In this document: in pieces, positions 1 to 11,089 of the stretch
How the letters are laid out: each line of letters starts with the position of its first letter
How positions within the stretch are numbered: position 1 is the stretch's first letter
NCBI GenBank assembly: GCA_963850345.1
Contig: CAWKKW010000007.1
Span: 689-64,688 of the forward strand
Origin: an uncultured Acidobacteriaceae bacterium
GTDB taxonomy: Bacteria; Acidobacteriota; Terriglobia; Terriglobales; Acidobacteriaceae
DNA: 64,000 nucleotides
Direction: 5' to 3'
Translations under genes and position numbers: made by a program
The notes under the pieces: generated by a model
Told to the model about the DNA's origin: nothing
Databases searched by the model: none
The model's input: only the letters and a program-made list of their open reading frames with translations

Positions 1-268
1 CGAACACGATCACGCTCGTCGGTCCGCCGTGCGTCCCAAAGATTGAATTGTTGGCACTGACAACGCGGTCCGCATCCTGCAGCAGATCGTGCCCATTCTG
101 AAGGCCCTGCGATCCCAATGTCGGATCTACGTAAACCGTTACTTTACCGACCGGGCTGGTGCCCACCAGCTGCGAAGTTCCGGTATAACTCGGCCAACGA
201 GGTGCACCCTTCGTGCGGCGGCGCCGAGCCGCTAATGCGGGCTCCGGCAATCTGAGGGGATGACTCAT
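1..268 (-). CDS. 5' part of an unidentified protein (gene runs off the window start)
   Basis: ATG at 268 (minus) opens a stop-free frame to the window edge, about 89 codons (MSHPLRLPEPALAARRRR...VTVYVDPTLGSQGLQNGHDLLQDADRVV...). Third codon positions are G/C-rich. Absent from the ORF track because no stop lies in the window. No family recognised. Confidence 0.3.
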   Translation of the reverse strand, partial: MSHPLRLPEPALAARRRRTKGAPRWPSYTGTSQLVGTSPVGKVTVYVDPTLGSQGLQNGHDLLQDADRVVSANNSIFGTHGGPTSVIVF

Positions 269-431
269 CTGCAAAAACCTCCAATGCGGCGAGTATAGCA
301 ACGCGGAAGCGGGGCCATCGCCGACCCCGAAATGACCGCCCGATGCAGCAGCAATTCGCGCCCAATTTAGACACCTCGCCGAAGGTCTGGTTTCCCACAA
401 TGCGAGTTCCAATTTGCAGGAGAATAGAACC

Positions 432-1436
432 ATGCGAGCCGCTGTCCTCCATCAGCCGTCGAGCCTCGATCAACGTCCCCTGTCCATTGAAAATGTGGCG
501 ATTCCCTCGCCTGGGCCAGGAAAATTGCTCCTCAAGGTCGAGGCCTGCGGCGTATGCCGGACCGATCTCCACATCGTCACCGGCGAACTCCCGGTGAAGA
601 AGAGTCCCCTCATTCCGGGGCACCAGATCGTGGGCCGCGTTGCTGGTCTTGGTCCAGGTGTTTCCACAGAGCTCGCGATGATCGGCGAACGGGTCGGCGT
701 CTCCTGGCTCGGCGGCGCGGACGGCACCTGCGATGCCTGTCGCCACGGCCTTGAGAATCTCTGTGACAACATCGTGCTCACCGGGTACATGGTCAACGGA
801 GGGTATGCCGAGTATGCAGTTGCGCGCGCCGACTACTGCATCCCGCTGCCTTCCGCCCCAGCCGCCCACGAACTGGCGCCCCTGCTCTGTGCCGGAATCA
901 TTGGATTTCGCGCCTTGCGTGTTGCCGGGATCGAGCGGGGAGAGAGAGTCGGACTCTACGGGTTTGGAGCCTCTGCCCACCTCGCCATCGAAGTCCTCAA
1001 GGCCTGGGGATGCGAAGTTTACGTCGCCACACGTGGGGCCTCCCACCAGAAGCTGGCTCGCGAACTCGGCGCTCTCTGGGTCGGCGAAGCCACCGAGCGT
1101 CCTCCGGTTCCCCTCGATCGGGCAGTCACCTTTGCTCCCAGCGGCGATGTTGTGCTGGCCGCGCTCGGCGCCCTGCGCAAGGGTGGCGTCGTGGCCATCA
1201 ACGCAATTCACCTCGACCGCATGCCTGAGTTCGACTACGACACGCTGCTATGGGGCGAGCGCCAGATTCGTAGCGTCGCCAACATGACCCGGCAAGATGC
1301 GAAGGACTTCACCTCCCTCGCCGGGGAGATCGGAATTCGCCCGCGCTCCACCTCCTTCCCCCTGGCCGATATCCACGATGCGCTGGAGGCGGTCTACCAG
1401 GATGCCGTAGACGGAGCAGCGGTCGTACTGCTGTAG
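432..1436 (+). CDS. Zn-dependent alcohol dehydrogenase (MDR superfamily)
   Basis: MRAAVLHQ start at ATG 432 (track ORF begins at an upstream TTG, 414). Catalytic CGVCRTD and GHQ motifs, structural-Zn Cys cluster CDACRHGLENLC, Rossmann GFGASAH. Confidence 0.85.
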   Translation: MRAAVLHQPSSLDQRPLSIENVAIPSPGPGKLLLKVEACGVCRTDLHIVTGELPVKKSPLIPGHQIVGRVAGLGPGVSTELAMIGERVGVSWLGGADGTCDACRHGLENLCDNIVLTGYMVNGGYAEYAVARADYCIPLPSAPAAHELAPLLCAGIIGFRALRVAGIERGERVGLYGFGASAHLAIEVLKAWGCEVYVATRGASHQKLARELGALWVGEATERPPVPLDRAVTFAPSGDVVLAALGALRKGGVVAINAIHLDRMPEFDYDTLLWGERQIRSVANMTRQDAKDFTSLAGEIGIRPRSTSFPLADIHDALEAVYQDAVDGAAVVLL

Positions 1437-1662
1437 AGGCCGTTATCTCCTTGCGAATCAGCGCCCCAGGCCCTGAGCCGAGCGACGTGCCGAGGGTGCG
1501 AAGGAGCGCGTCCCCATCGGAATGCGCATTGCTTCAAGCTCTTGCCTCGGGTCGAGGGCGTCGGCTCGCATCTTGACATCGAGGAACGCTATCGCGGCGC
1601 CCAGAACACCCCCCAAAACCCGCCTTCGTCCCCGTCCTTGGTAAACTGGATGTGAGGTAACT

Positions 1663-2913
<1,251 letters not shown>

Positions 2914-2954
2914 TTGCAAGCCGTACTGGACGAACGCTGAAGTCTGCACTCTGG

Positions 2955-2986
2955 AGAGCCCCGGTTGGATCGGGGCTTTTCTTTTG
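2955..2986 (+). terminator. Rho-independent terminator after ispG
   Basis: Stem agccccg (2957-2963) / cggggct (2971-2977), 7-nt loop, then tttctttt. Confidence 0.6.
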
Positions 2987-3076
2987 TCGCGGAAGATCTC
3001 TCCGGCCCGCCCTTATCACTGCGATCAATTCCCAACGCGGCTACTATCGCCCTGAGACCGTTTGGGAGATGACCGT

Positions 3077-3673
3077 ATGCCGGCTAGAGTCGTTGCCATC
3101 GTAGGCAGTTACCGCAAACAAGGCATGATCGATGAGGCCATTGACACGATCCTGGCGGCAGCCCGCGAAAAAGGCGCCGCGACCGAAAAGATCTACCTTG
3201 TCGATCATCAGATTGAGTTCTGCACTAACTGCCGCGCCTGCACCCAGTCAGCGGGAGCGTCCCGAGGCAAGTGCGTCCATCAGGATGAGTTTGAAGCGGT
3301 GATGGCCAGTATCGACGCCGCAGATGTGGTGGTCCTCGGTTCTCCCGTCAACTTCGATAACGTCACTGCGATCTTTCGCCGCTTCATGGAGCGGCTGATA
3401 AGCACAGCGTATTGGCCCTGGGGCGGCAAGATACCGTCTCCACGCAATAAGCTGCACACCAAGCATGCAGTCTTAGTCACCTCATCGGCTGCTCCGGCTC
3501 TCTTCGCGCGAATCTTTTCCGGTTCGCTGCGTGCCTTAAAGCGGACGGCCGATGTCCTCGGAGCGAGGCCGGTCGCGAACCTTTGTATTGGATTGGCTGC
3601 CATGCATCCCAACCAGCAGCTTTCCAAATCGGCAAAACGTCGCGCCCGCTCCATCGGCCTCGGTATCGTCTGA
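3077..3673 (+). CDS. Flavodoxin-like NAD(P)H-dependent FMN reductase family protein
   Basis: N-terminal VVAIVGSYRKQGM flavodoxin-like fold start. CTNCRAC Cys motif typical of iron-sulfur flavoprotein-like members. GGGAG SD 8 nt upstream of ATG 3077. Confidence 0.7.
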   Translation: MPARVVAIVGSYRKQGMIDEAIDTILAAAREKGAATEKIYLVDHQIEFCTNCRACTQSAGASRGKCVHQDEFEAVMASIDAADVVVLGSPVNFDNVTAIFRRFMERLISTAYWPWGGKIPSPRNKLHTKHAVLVTSSAAPALFARIFSGSLRALKRTADVLGARPVANLCIGLAAMHPNQQLSKSAKRRARSIGLGIV

Positions 3674-3782
3674 AGTCGGCTAACCGCCAACGGATTCCGA
3701 CCCGAGACCCGCCGCACGAACAGACCTTCACTCCTCCCTGTAGACTGTCTAGCGCTACGACTTTGATTCAGGGGAACTCTGC

Positions 3783-5003
3783 ATGCATCGACGCCTTCCT
3801 TCCGCCTTTCTCCGCTCTGTGTTGCCCACCGTTCTCGCGACTTCCGCACTTCTCTTGTTCGTGGCCGACGCCGTCGCTCAGCAGACCCCACCGACCCCAC
3901 CGCCGGTACAGAGGTCTCCGGTTCCGCTCGCTCCCGCGCCCCCCGCCAGCCCCGAAGTAGACGCAGACGGCTCCGCTACCTTCCACCTGCCGATGGCGAA
4001 TGCGCAGAAAGTTGAACTGCATCTGGAAGGTCGCGCGCAGCCGATTCCCATGACCCGGGATGCGAGCGGAACCTGGTCGGCAACTGTCCCCAAGCTTGCG
4101 CCGGAGTACTACAGCTACTCCTTCGATGTGGATGGCACCACCGTCCTCGATCCACACAACACCACCGTCAAAACCAGCTTCTTCAGCACGCAGAATGTCT
4201 TCCTAGTCCCCGGCCGACCGTCCGTGCAGTGGGAAGTCTCCGACGTTCCTCACGGGGTAGTGAATCATCACTACTACCGCTCCAATCTTGTCGGCATCAA
4301 CAGCGAATACTACGTCTACACGCCGCCCGGATTCGATCCTCGCAGTAAGCAGACGTATCCGGTGCTCTACCTGCTGCATGGCTACAGCGATGATCCGAGC
4401 GCGTGGACGATGATGGGCAAGGCCAACGTGATCCTCGACAACCTGATTGCCCAGGGCAAAGCCCGGCCGATGATCGTGGTCATGCCGCTCGGCTACGGGA
4501 CCATGGAGGTCATTACCCGCGGCTGGAGTTCGTGGCGCGATGCCGCACTTACCACCCGCAACTTCTCCCAGTTTTCCGGCGCGCTGTTTCAGGAAGTGAT
4601 GCCGCTGGTGAAGAAGCAGTATCCGCTCTCCGATAAGCGCGAAGATCACGCCATCGCCGGCCTCTCCATGGGAGGCGCGGAGAGCCTGCTGGTTGGTTTG
4701 AATCACGTCGACGACTTCGCTTACGTGGGAGGCTTCAGCGCCGGCGGCCTCGGCGAAGGTCCCTTCACCGCTGAATTCCCCGCGATCACGCCGCAGACCT
4801 CGGCTGGTCTCAACGCGAAGCTTCGGGTCCTCTGGCTCTCCTGCGGCACCGAAGACGGCCTGCTTCCCTCCAACCAGAAGCTGGTCGCATGGCTCAAGGA
4901 ACAAGGCCTGCAGCCGACCTTCGCGCCCACTCCCGGCATGCATGTCTGGATGCTCTGGCGCGAGGACCTGGTGAAGTTCGCGCCCCTGCTCTTTCAAAAG
5001 TAA
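3783..5003 (+). CDS. Secreted esterase (esterase D / enterochelin-esterase-like alpha/beta hydrolase with N-terminal E-set-like domain)
   Basis: Signal-peptide-like N-terminus and a Pro-rich linker. LLHGYSDD and nucleophile elbow GLSMGG motifs. Confidence 0.75.
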   Translation: MHRRLPSAFLRSVLPTVLATSALLLFVADAVAQQTPPTPPPVQRSPVPLAPAPPASPEVDADGSATFHLPMANAQKVELHLEGRAQPIPMTRDASGTWSATVPKLAPEYYSYSFDVDGTTVLDPHNTTVKTSFFSTQNVFLVPGRPSVQWEVSDVPHGVVNHHYYRSNLVGINSEYYVYTPPGFDPRSKQTYPVLYLLHGYSDDPSAWTMMGKANVILDNLIAQGKARPMIVVMPLGYGTMEVITRGWSSWRDAALTTRNFSQFSGALFQEVMPLVKKQYPLSDKREDHAIAGLSMGGAESLLVGLNHVDDFAYVGGFSAGGLGEGPFTAEFPAITPQTSAGLNAKLRVLWLSCGTEDGLLPSNQKLVAWLKEQGLQPTFAPTPGMHVWMLWREDLVKFAPLLFQK

Positions 5004-5134
5004 GCGGCGCAGCTACAATGCCCCGGTCCGCACCTGTGGACCCTCGGGACCCTCGCGCAGCCTGCTTGTCACAGCGCAGTCTCGATCCGCGGGTGTATGC
5101 TTCGCGCAAATCATCTCCTGGCTGAGGTCTCGTC

Positions 5135-5611
5135 GTGCGCATCTTCGCGCTTGCACTGTTGATGTCGTGCCCTGTTGCCTACGCAGCTCGCCCCTGCATC
5201 GCCCCCTCAGACCTGCCCGCACATCCGAACAAAGACGTCTGCGTTTCCGCCCACGTCTACGACGTAGTCGAGCTTGCCGACGGCACGCGATTTTTGGACG
5301 TATGCAGCCCCGAGACGCAGGACGACAAGTGTCTGTTCTCGATCATGAGTCCCAAAGCGGACCGCCAGGATGTCGGCGAACTCGAGCCTCTGCTGCATCG
5401 GGACATTCAGATCCGCGGTGTCGTGCGGCCCTTCCCCGGTGGCAGGTCGCAGATCCTGCTGAGTCATGAGCGGCAGTTGCATGGCGGGGCTGAGAAGTTT
5501 CGCCCCAACCCTGCGCTGCTATCCGGATTCTCTGCCGAATCGGGCAAGCCGGCCTTCAGCAGTCCCGGACTCAAAGGCAGCCACCATCGCAGCGTGTTCA
5601 AATCTCACTGA
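5135..5611 (+). CDS. Hypothetical secreted protein
   Basis: GTG start with GAGG SD 7 nt upstream. Signal peptide MRIFALALLMSCPVAYA. No family recognised. Confidence 0.5.
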   Translation: MRIFALALLMSCPVAYAARPCIAPSDLPAHPNKDVCVSAHVYDVVELADGTRFLDVCSPETQDDKCLFSIMSPKADRQDVGELEPLLHRDIQIRGVVRPFPGGRSQILLSHERQLHGGAEKFRPNPALLSGFSAESGKPAFSSPGLKGSHHRSVFKSH

Positions 5612-5618
5612 ATGCCGA

Positions 5619-6827
5619 TTACCAGAGCGGGCCAGCGTGTTTTCGCAGTTCGCGCAATGAATACAGCGTTCCCCTCCATCGCACGCCCCCATGCATCAGC
5701 GTGACCGTCATGGAGCGGAGCATCGCATACAGAGAGACTGCCGCAGCCAAAGGCAGGGTAAAAGCAAACGCAGTCGAGATTCCCGTTTGCCGCCGGTTGA
5801 ACTGGTACAGCAGGAGAATCGCCGCGAAGGTCACCAGGCTGGCCAGCAGACTGCCGACCGTTCCAAACAATCCAATTACCGGCAACAGCGTGAGAACTGC
5901 CACGCCGAGGGCCGCCCCAATCAGAAGTGCCGGCCGGAAGCGAAACGCCGCAAACACATTCTTGGTCAGGTTATCAATCACGCCCAGCGCGCCAGCCGCC
6001 CAGCGAATGCGGATCAGATCGCGCCCATAGGCCACGCACTGTCGATAGCCGCTGCGCTTGACCTTGAAACCCAACCGCACGTCGTCCAGAACTTCCATCC
6101 TAAGCGATTCGTAACCGCCCACTGCGTAATACACCTTCAGCCGAATCAAGTTGAATGCGCCGAGTCCGATAAAATCTCGTTTCGACTTGGGATCGGGCAC
6201 TCGCCACGCGCGAAATCCCCAAATAAGCGCCGCATTGAAGAACGAAATCATCATCCGCTCGCCAAAGCTCCGCACATCGACTGTGGGAAACAGGACCAGG
6301 TGATCGGCCTTATCCAACTCGGCAAACCGCAGAGCTCGTCGCAACGAATCTTCCCGGAATACCACGTCCGCATCGGTAAACAGCAGCCACGGCGCGCTGG
6401 TCTGGCTGGCTGCCATCGCCATCGCGTGCGGCTTGCCGAGCCATCCGTCGGGCAGCTGGCGAATGTGCAACACTCGCAGCAAGGGCCCCACAGCACCAGC
6501 CTCTGCCGCGATTGCATCCATGATGGCGCCCGTCTCATCGGTCGATCGATCGTCGACGGCGATGATCTCGAGATTCACCCCGCGAATGGCCAGTAACGAT
6601 CGCAGCGTACCTTCGATCGCGCCAGCCTCATTCCGAGCCGGGACGATCACGCATACTTCAGGAGTGGCTGAGGACTCAGGCCGGCCCTGATCAAATCGGG
6701 GATCCAGCAGGTTTGGGATCTCCGGCGAATGTCTCCAGGCCATCCACACGCGCCAGCTCCAGCCAACGGCGACCAGCCACTGGATGAGGAGCAACGCAGA
6801 ATGGATCAGTGAGCGCCCGGACATCAT
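5619..6827 (-). CDS. Membrane-bound family-2 glycosyltransferase (HpnB/HpnI/CrtQ-like lipid glycosyltransferase type)
   Basis: VIVPARNE...AVDDRSTDETG and FTDADVV (DxD) motifs. One N-terminal TM helix and several C-terminal ones. Start taken at the ATGATG at 6827/6824; the longer track ORF would overlap the upstream MFS gene. Confidence 0.8.
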   Translation of the reverse strand: MMSGRSLIHSALLLIQWLVAVGWSWRVWMAWRHSPEIPNLLDPRFDQGRPESSATPEVCVIVPARNEAGAIEGTLRSLLAIRGVNLEIIAVDDRSTDETGAIMDAIAAEAGAVGPLLRVLHIRQLPDGWLGKPHAMAMAASQTSAPWLLFTDADVVFREDSLRRALRFAELDKADHLVLFPTVDVRSFGERMMISFFNAALIWGFRAWRVPDPKSKRDFIGLGAFNLIRLKVYYAVGGYESLRMEVLDDVRLGFKVKRSGYRQCVAYGRDLIRIRWAAGALGVIDNLTKNVFAAFRFRPALLIGAALGVAVLTLLPVIGLFGTVGSLLASLVTFAAILLLYQFNRRQTGISTAFAFTLPLAAAVSLYAMLRSMTVTLMHGGVRWRGTLYSLRELRKHAGPLW

Positions 6828-6897
6828 TGCTGTCCAGTATCGCCTGAGTTCACTCTTACGACCCTCCCCATGTGTGTGGGTTGTCAGCGCGTGAAAA

Positions 6898-8214
6898 CTA
6901 CGTCGGAGAACTTCCTGCAACCTGCCTCTCCAGTTGCGGCGCGAATCTCGAGCCGGCAAACAACAATACGGCCGACACGGCAAAGGCAATTAACGTCACG
7001 CCCAACCCCATTCTCAGAGAGCTGTGATCGGAGATGCGACCGATGATTCGCGGCGAGGGCGCGTCTCCCAGTGCGTGAATCAGAAACAGGTTGACCGCGA
7101 TCGCCATAGACCGCACCCGTGCCCCGACAGAATTCACGATGGCCGCATTCAAGGGACCGGTGTTCAGGAAGATGAAAAACTCCGCCACAAACGCCGCCGG
7201 GATCATGACGCTTCGCGGACCAAAGAAAACCAGGACAGCACCGGGAATGGCCAACAAAGCACTCCAGGCCGAGAGCAGGTAGAGCGCGCGGTGATTGTGT
7301 CTCAGCCACCGCTGCGCGAGCCAGCCTCCCAGAATCGTCCCAAGCAGGCCATCGACCACCGTGATTCCTCCTACCACCAGCCCCGCCTTCGCCACCGATA
7401 GGCCGCCGAAGCGCACAAAAAATGTAGGGAGGAATGCGGAGATGCCGCCCATCGAAAACACCAGGGCTGCCATTCCTAGGGTTGCGGTGAGATAAGCAGG
7501 ACGAGCCAGGCCCTTCGCAACCGAGAGAAAGTATGCAGCCAACCCACGCGAGTCCGTGCTCGCCGCTGGTGCTTCCATCCCGTAGGAGACATGGTCCGCA
7601 GCCCCGCGCGTCGGTTCCTTCACCCAAACCGAGAAGGCCGCCGCGATGAGTATGCCGGGTACCGCCGACACCAGAAACGGCGTTCGCCATCCGTAGCGCG
7701 AGCCCACCACCCCACCGATTAAATAGCCGAGTGCCGCGCCCACTGGAATTGCTATGTAAAACACGCTCAGGATGCGGTTGCGATCGATCTCCGGATAGAA
7801 ATCCGCCAGCAACGCAGGCGCGAAGATGCCGAACGTGGCCTCGCCAATGCCCACAACTGCATGGCGAAAGTACAGCGCCTCGTAACTGTGCACCGTCGCC
7901 GTAAGCAACGTGAGCACGCACCAGAGCAGCGCGCCGGCAACCAGCAGCGGCTTGCGTGGAAACCTGTCTCCCAGCCAGCCGGTAAGGGGAGCCGCCAACA
8001 TGTAGACGAAGAAAAATGCTGTCGTCAGCGCGCCGAACTTCTCATCGCCGATCGCGAACTCGCGCTGCACCAGCGGCTGCACACCGAAGAGAATGTAGCG
8101 GTCGATGTAGTTAAACAGGTTCAGTCCCGTAAGCAACAGCAGCGCGACCGCAGCTCCGCGGAACTGCGCGGGGGGAGCGACGCTGAGGGATGCTTGAGAT
8201 CGGGAAGCAGGCAT
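6898..8214 (-). CDS. MFS transporter (Spinster-like subgroup, tentative)
   Basis: About 12 hydrophobic helices and the MFS loop motif GWLGDRFPRKP. Start is either 8214 or 8244. Confidence 0.85.
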   Translation of the reverse strand: MPASRSQASLSVAPPAQFRGAAVALLLLTGLNLFNYIDRYILFGVQPLVQREFAIGDEKFGALTTAFFFVYMLAAPLTGWLGDRFPRKPLLVAGALLWCVLTLLTATVHSYEALYFRHAVVGIGEATFGIFAPALLADFYPEIDRNRILSVFYIAIPVGAALGYLIGGVVGSRYGWRTPFLVSAVPGILIAAAFSVWVKEPTRGAADHVSYGMEAPAASTDSRGLAAYFLSVAKGLARPAYLTATLGMAALVFSMGGISAFLPTFFVRFGGLSVAKAGLVVGGITVVDGLLGTILGGWLAQRWLRHNHRALYLLSAWSALLAIPGAVLVFFGPRSVMIPAAFVAEFFIFLNTGPLNAAIVNSVGARVRSMAIAVNLFLIHALGDAPSPRIIGRISDHSSLRMGLGVTLIAFAVSAVLLFAGSRFAPQLERQVAGSSPT

Positions 8215-8277
8215 GGGCTTGCGCGCCCAGAATAACAGGCGCATCTATTCGCCCCATTGGCGCCGGAGGATCGCTTG

Positions 8278-8685
8278 CTATTTTTCAGCGGGAACGGGCC
8301 GAGGCCAACGCGCTTCGACGGTGGTCGAAATACCTCCGCGCGGGCGAAAATCACCGGTTACAAAGGCCCACACCGGATCGCACGCCTTCACCACGTCTTC
8401 AAGGACCTGGTTGACGATGTTTTCCTGAAAAATCCCCAGATTTCGATAGCAGAACAAATATTCCTTGTACGACTTCAGTTCAAGGCAGCGCTCACGAGGC
8501 ATGTAGCGCAGCGTGATGACTCCGAAGTCGGGCAATCCGGTCTTGGGACACACCGAAGTAAATTCCGGGTCGTCAATCACGATCTCATACGCGGCAAACT
8601 GATTTTGCCAGGTCTCAATTCCGGGGAAGGCGAAGTCGAGGCCGGCCTTCGCGTGTTCGTCGGTATAGCGGGAAATTGTTGCCAT
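8278..8685 (-). CDS. queF: NADPH-dependent 7-cyano-7-deazaguanine reductase (type I QueF)
   Basis: CPKTGLPDFG active-site Cys motif and QueF motif ELKSYKEY. Start at the MATISRY ATG (8685). Confidence 0.9.
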   Translation of the reverse strand: MATISRYTDEHAKAGLDFAFPGIETWQNQFAAYEIVIDDPEFTSVCPKTGLPDFGVITLRYMPRERCLELKSYKEYLFCYRNLGIFQENIVNQVLEDVVKACDPVWAFVTGDFRPRGGISTTVEARWPRPVPAEK

Positions 8686-8808
8686 AGACTCATTGTAATG
8701 GCAGGTTCCCGCCAGTTTGGCGGGAGGATACACGCATCTGCCCTCATGCATTTAGTTCATCCGATGGCAACGCTGACGCGTCTTATATACTGACCTCGGT
8801 CCCAATGA

Positions 8809-10044
8809 ATGGCTACAGTAAGAAAAAGCAATAATCGCGTCCTGTGGGTCGCGGCCGCTTTGCTGCTGGTGATCGTCTTTTATGGCGTTCGACTCGCCAC
8901 GCGAACCAAGCTGCCCGTTCGTGCCGCCGAGGCTCTGCGCGAGCCGCTGATCAAGACGCTTGCCACGAACGGCAAGGTCGAGCCGCAGGTCAACTTCGAG
9001 GCGCACGCACTCTCCCCCGGCCTGATCAAAGCAGTCTATGTTCACGAAGGCGATAAAGTTCCCAAGGGCAAGTTACTGCTCTCCATGGACGACACCGAGG
9101 CCCGCGCAAGGCTAGCCAGCGCAATCACTGGATTGCGTGCCGCCCAGGCAAGTTACGAAGCGACCACCCACGGTGGTACCCAGGAAGAGCGAGTGTCCAA
9201 CTCCGCCGATCTGACCCGCACCCAGGCAGATCGCGACCAGGCGCAGCGTGATGTCACCGCATTGGAGAAGTTAGTTGCCACCGGCGCTGCCTCACAAAGT
9301 GAAGTGAATGCCGCAAAGCAGCGCGTCTCTCAGGCTGATAATTCGATCACGGTACTGCAGCAGCGATCCCAGACTCGCTACGCACCGATCGATCTGGAGC
9401 ACGCGAAGGCCGCGTTGAACGATGCCCAGACCTCGGTCGCCGCCGCTCAGGCAGTGGTCGCATCCGCCAACGTCCGCGCGCCGTTTGCCGGCACCGTCTA
9501 TTCCCTGCCGGTCAGCCCTACTGAATATGTAGCCCAGGGCGATCGCCTGCTGCAGATGGCCGACTTATCCAAGGTCCAGGTTCGCGCCTACTTCGATGAG
9601 CCCGAGATCGGCACGCTGCAGACCGGACAGCCGATCCGCGTGGAGTGGGCTGCTAAGCCCGGTCGCTCGTGGCATGGACACATCGTGCATGTGCCCTCCA
9701 CCATCATCAACTACGGCACGCGCAACGTCGGCGAAGTGCTGATCAGCGTCGACGACTCCGACGGAACACTGCTGCCCAGCACCAATGTGACCGTCACAGT
9801 TACAATCAACAATGTCGCCAGCGCAGTCACCGTTCCCCGCGAGGCGCTGCATACCGAGGCCGGCAAAGATTACGTCTACACCATCACCAAAGACAAGCTT
9901 CACCGGACCCGCGTCCAGGTAGGGGCCATCAATCTGACCCAGGTGCAGATTGTGTCTGGTGTGAATGAGCACGATCAGGTCGCGCTTGGCACCACCAATG
10001 GCCAGCCTATCAGCGCTGGGGTCCCGATCGAAATCGTGAAATAA
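8809..10044 (+). CDS. Efflux periplasmic adaptor (membrane fusion protein, HlyD/MacA-like)
   Basis: N-terminal TM anchor, long coiled-coil segment, C-terminal beta-barrel region ending in a QVQIVSGV..GD.V-type motif. Confidence 0.85.
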   Translation: MATVRKSNNRVLWVAAALLLVIVFYGVRLATRTKLPVRAAEALREPLIKTLATNGKVEPQVNFEAHALSPGLIKAVYVHEGDKVPKGKLLLSMDDTEARARLASAITGLRAAQASYEATTHGGTQEERVSNSADLTRTQADRDQAQRDVTALEKLVATGAASQSEVNAAKQRVSQADNSITVLQQRSQTRYAPIDLEHAKAALNDAQTSVAAAQAVVASANVRAPFAGTVYSLPVSPTEYVAQGDRLLQMADLSKVQVRAYFDEPEIGTLQTGQPIRVEWAAKPGRSWHGHIVHVPSTIINYGTRNVGEVLISVDDSDGTLLPSTNVTVTVTINNVASAVTVPREALHTEAGKDYVYTITKDKLHRTRVQVGAINLTQVQIVSGVNEHDQVALGTTNGQPISAGVPIEIVK

Positions 10045-10045
10045 C

Positions 10046-11041
10046 GTGTCCTGTCGCTTGCCCCAACTCGGAGTCACTCTGCGTTCCGTCGCTGTTGTTT
10101 TAGCCGCCTTTGGACTGGGACTTCATACCGATGCTGCAGCGGCCCTCGATCTGTCGATCAAAACTTCGGTCAGTTCCGCGCTCGTCGAGGGTCAGGCCGA
10201 TACCGCCATTCAGCGCCTGAATCAGATTCTGGCCGAAAACCCTCAAGACGCCGATGCGCATAACCTACTGTGCCGCGTTTACTACCAGGAACAGCGTTGG
10301 GACGAGGCCACGCGCGAATGCGAGGAGGCGACCCGCCTCTCGCCGGCCAGCAGCAACACGCATCTGTGGCTGGGCCGCGTCTACGGTGAAAAGGCCGACC
10401 GCGCTTCGTATTTCCAAGCCTACCGATTGAGCCAGCGAATCCGCACAGAGCTAGAGCTTGCGGTAAGACTCGATCCGAAGAACCCCGACGCTCTGGCCGA
10501 TCTCGCTCAGTTCTATACTGAGGCGCCCTCCATCGTCGGCGGCGGCATTGACAAGGCGAAGGCCATTGTCGCCCGCATGGAAGCAGTCGATCCTGCGCAA
10601 GCCCACGATCTGCTCGCCCGCATCGCATCGCAGCAGAAGGACTATGCTCGCGCAGAAAACGAATGGAAGGCCGCCATCTCCATGTCGCCGACGCCTGCGC
10701 GGTACTGGACGGCCCTCGCCTCCTTCTATCGCAAGCAGCAGCGGTGGGACGACATGATGCACGCCATACGCGAAGGTGTAGCAACGGATCGAACGGCCGG
10801 AGTCGCGCACTACTATGCTGCTTCGTTGCTGATCCGTTCCGATCGTGAACCGGAACTCGCCGTTCGGCTGCTCGAACAGTATCTTGCATCGGAAAACAAG
10901 TCAGAAGAAGCTCCCGCGTTTCACGTGCACGCGCAGCTGGCCCAGTTGCTCCAGGCGCAAGGCGATGTTGCGGGAGCGCAACGCGAAGTAAAGGCTGCAA
11001 AGGCATTGGCGAGCGACTATCGCCTTCCCAATCCCCGATAG
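10046..11041 (+). CDS. TPR-repeat periplasmic protein
   Basis: GTG start 1 nt after the adaptor stop codon. Signal peptide, then repeated TPR-like A..LG.VY / A...Y..A helices. Confidence 0.75.
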   Translation: MSCRLPQLGVTLRSVAVVLAAFGLGLHTDAAAALDLSIKTSVSSALVEGQADTAIQRLNQILAENPQDADAHNLLCRVYYQEQRWDEATRECEEATRLSPASSNTHLWLGRVYGEKADRASYFQAYRLSQRIRTELELAVRLDPKNPDALADLAQFYTEAPSIVGGGIDKAKAIVARMEAVDPAQAHDLLARIASQQKDYARAENEWKAAISMSPTPARYWTALASFYRKQQRWDDMMHAIREGVATDRTAGVAHYYAASLLIRSDREPELAVRLLEQYLASENKSEEAPAFHVHAQLAQLLQAQGDVAGAQREVKAAKALASDYRLPNPR

Positions 11042-11089
11042 AATCAGGCAGGTAAAATCAACGGATGTGTCACCGCAAGCGGAGAACGA

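Noticed and set aside
144-1211. 355-aa minus-strand ORF overlapping the first alcohol dehydrogenase
   Set aside because: It lies antisense to a gene with clear MDR dehydrogenase motifs. Its translation is low-complexity and Gly/Arg/Ala-rich with no recognisable family. This is a typical GC-rich shadow ORF.
6828-6989. N-terminal extensions of track ORFs: GT2 here, plus 20988-21095 (adh), 22696-22749 (hpnA), 46131-46196 (carB), 39293-39400 (korA), 51656-51889 (murA) and 31174-31308 (tolR)
   Set aside because: The extensions overlap upstream genes or lack similarity to the family N-termini. Internal starts with SD-like sequences or ATGA coupling fit better.
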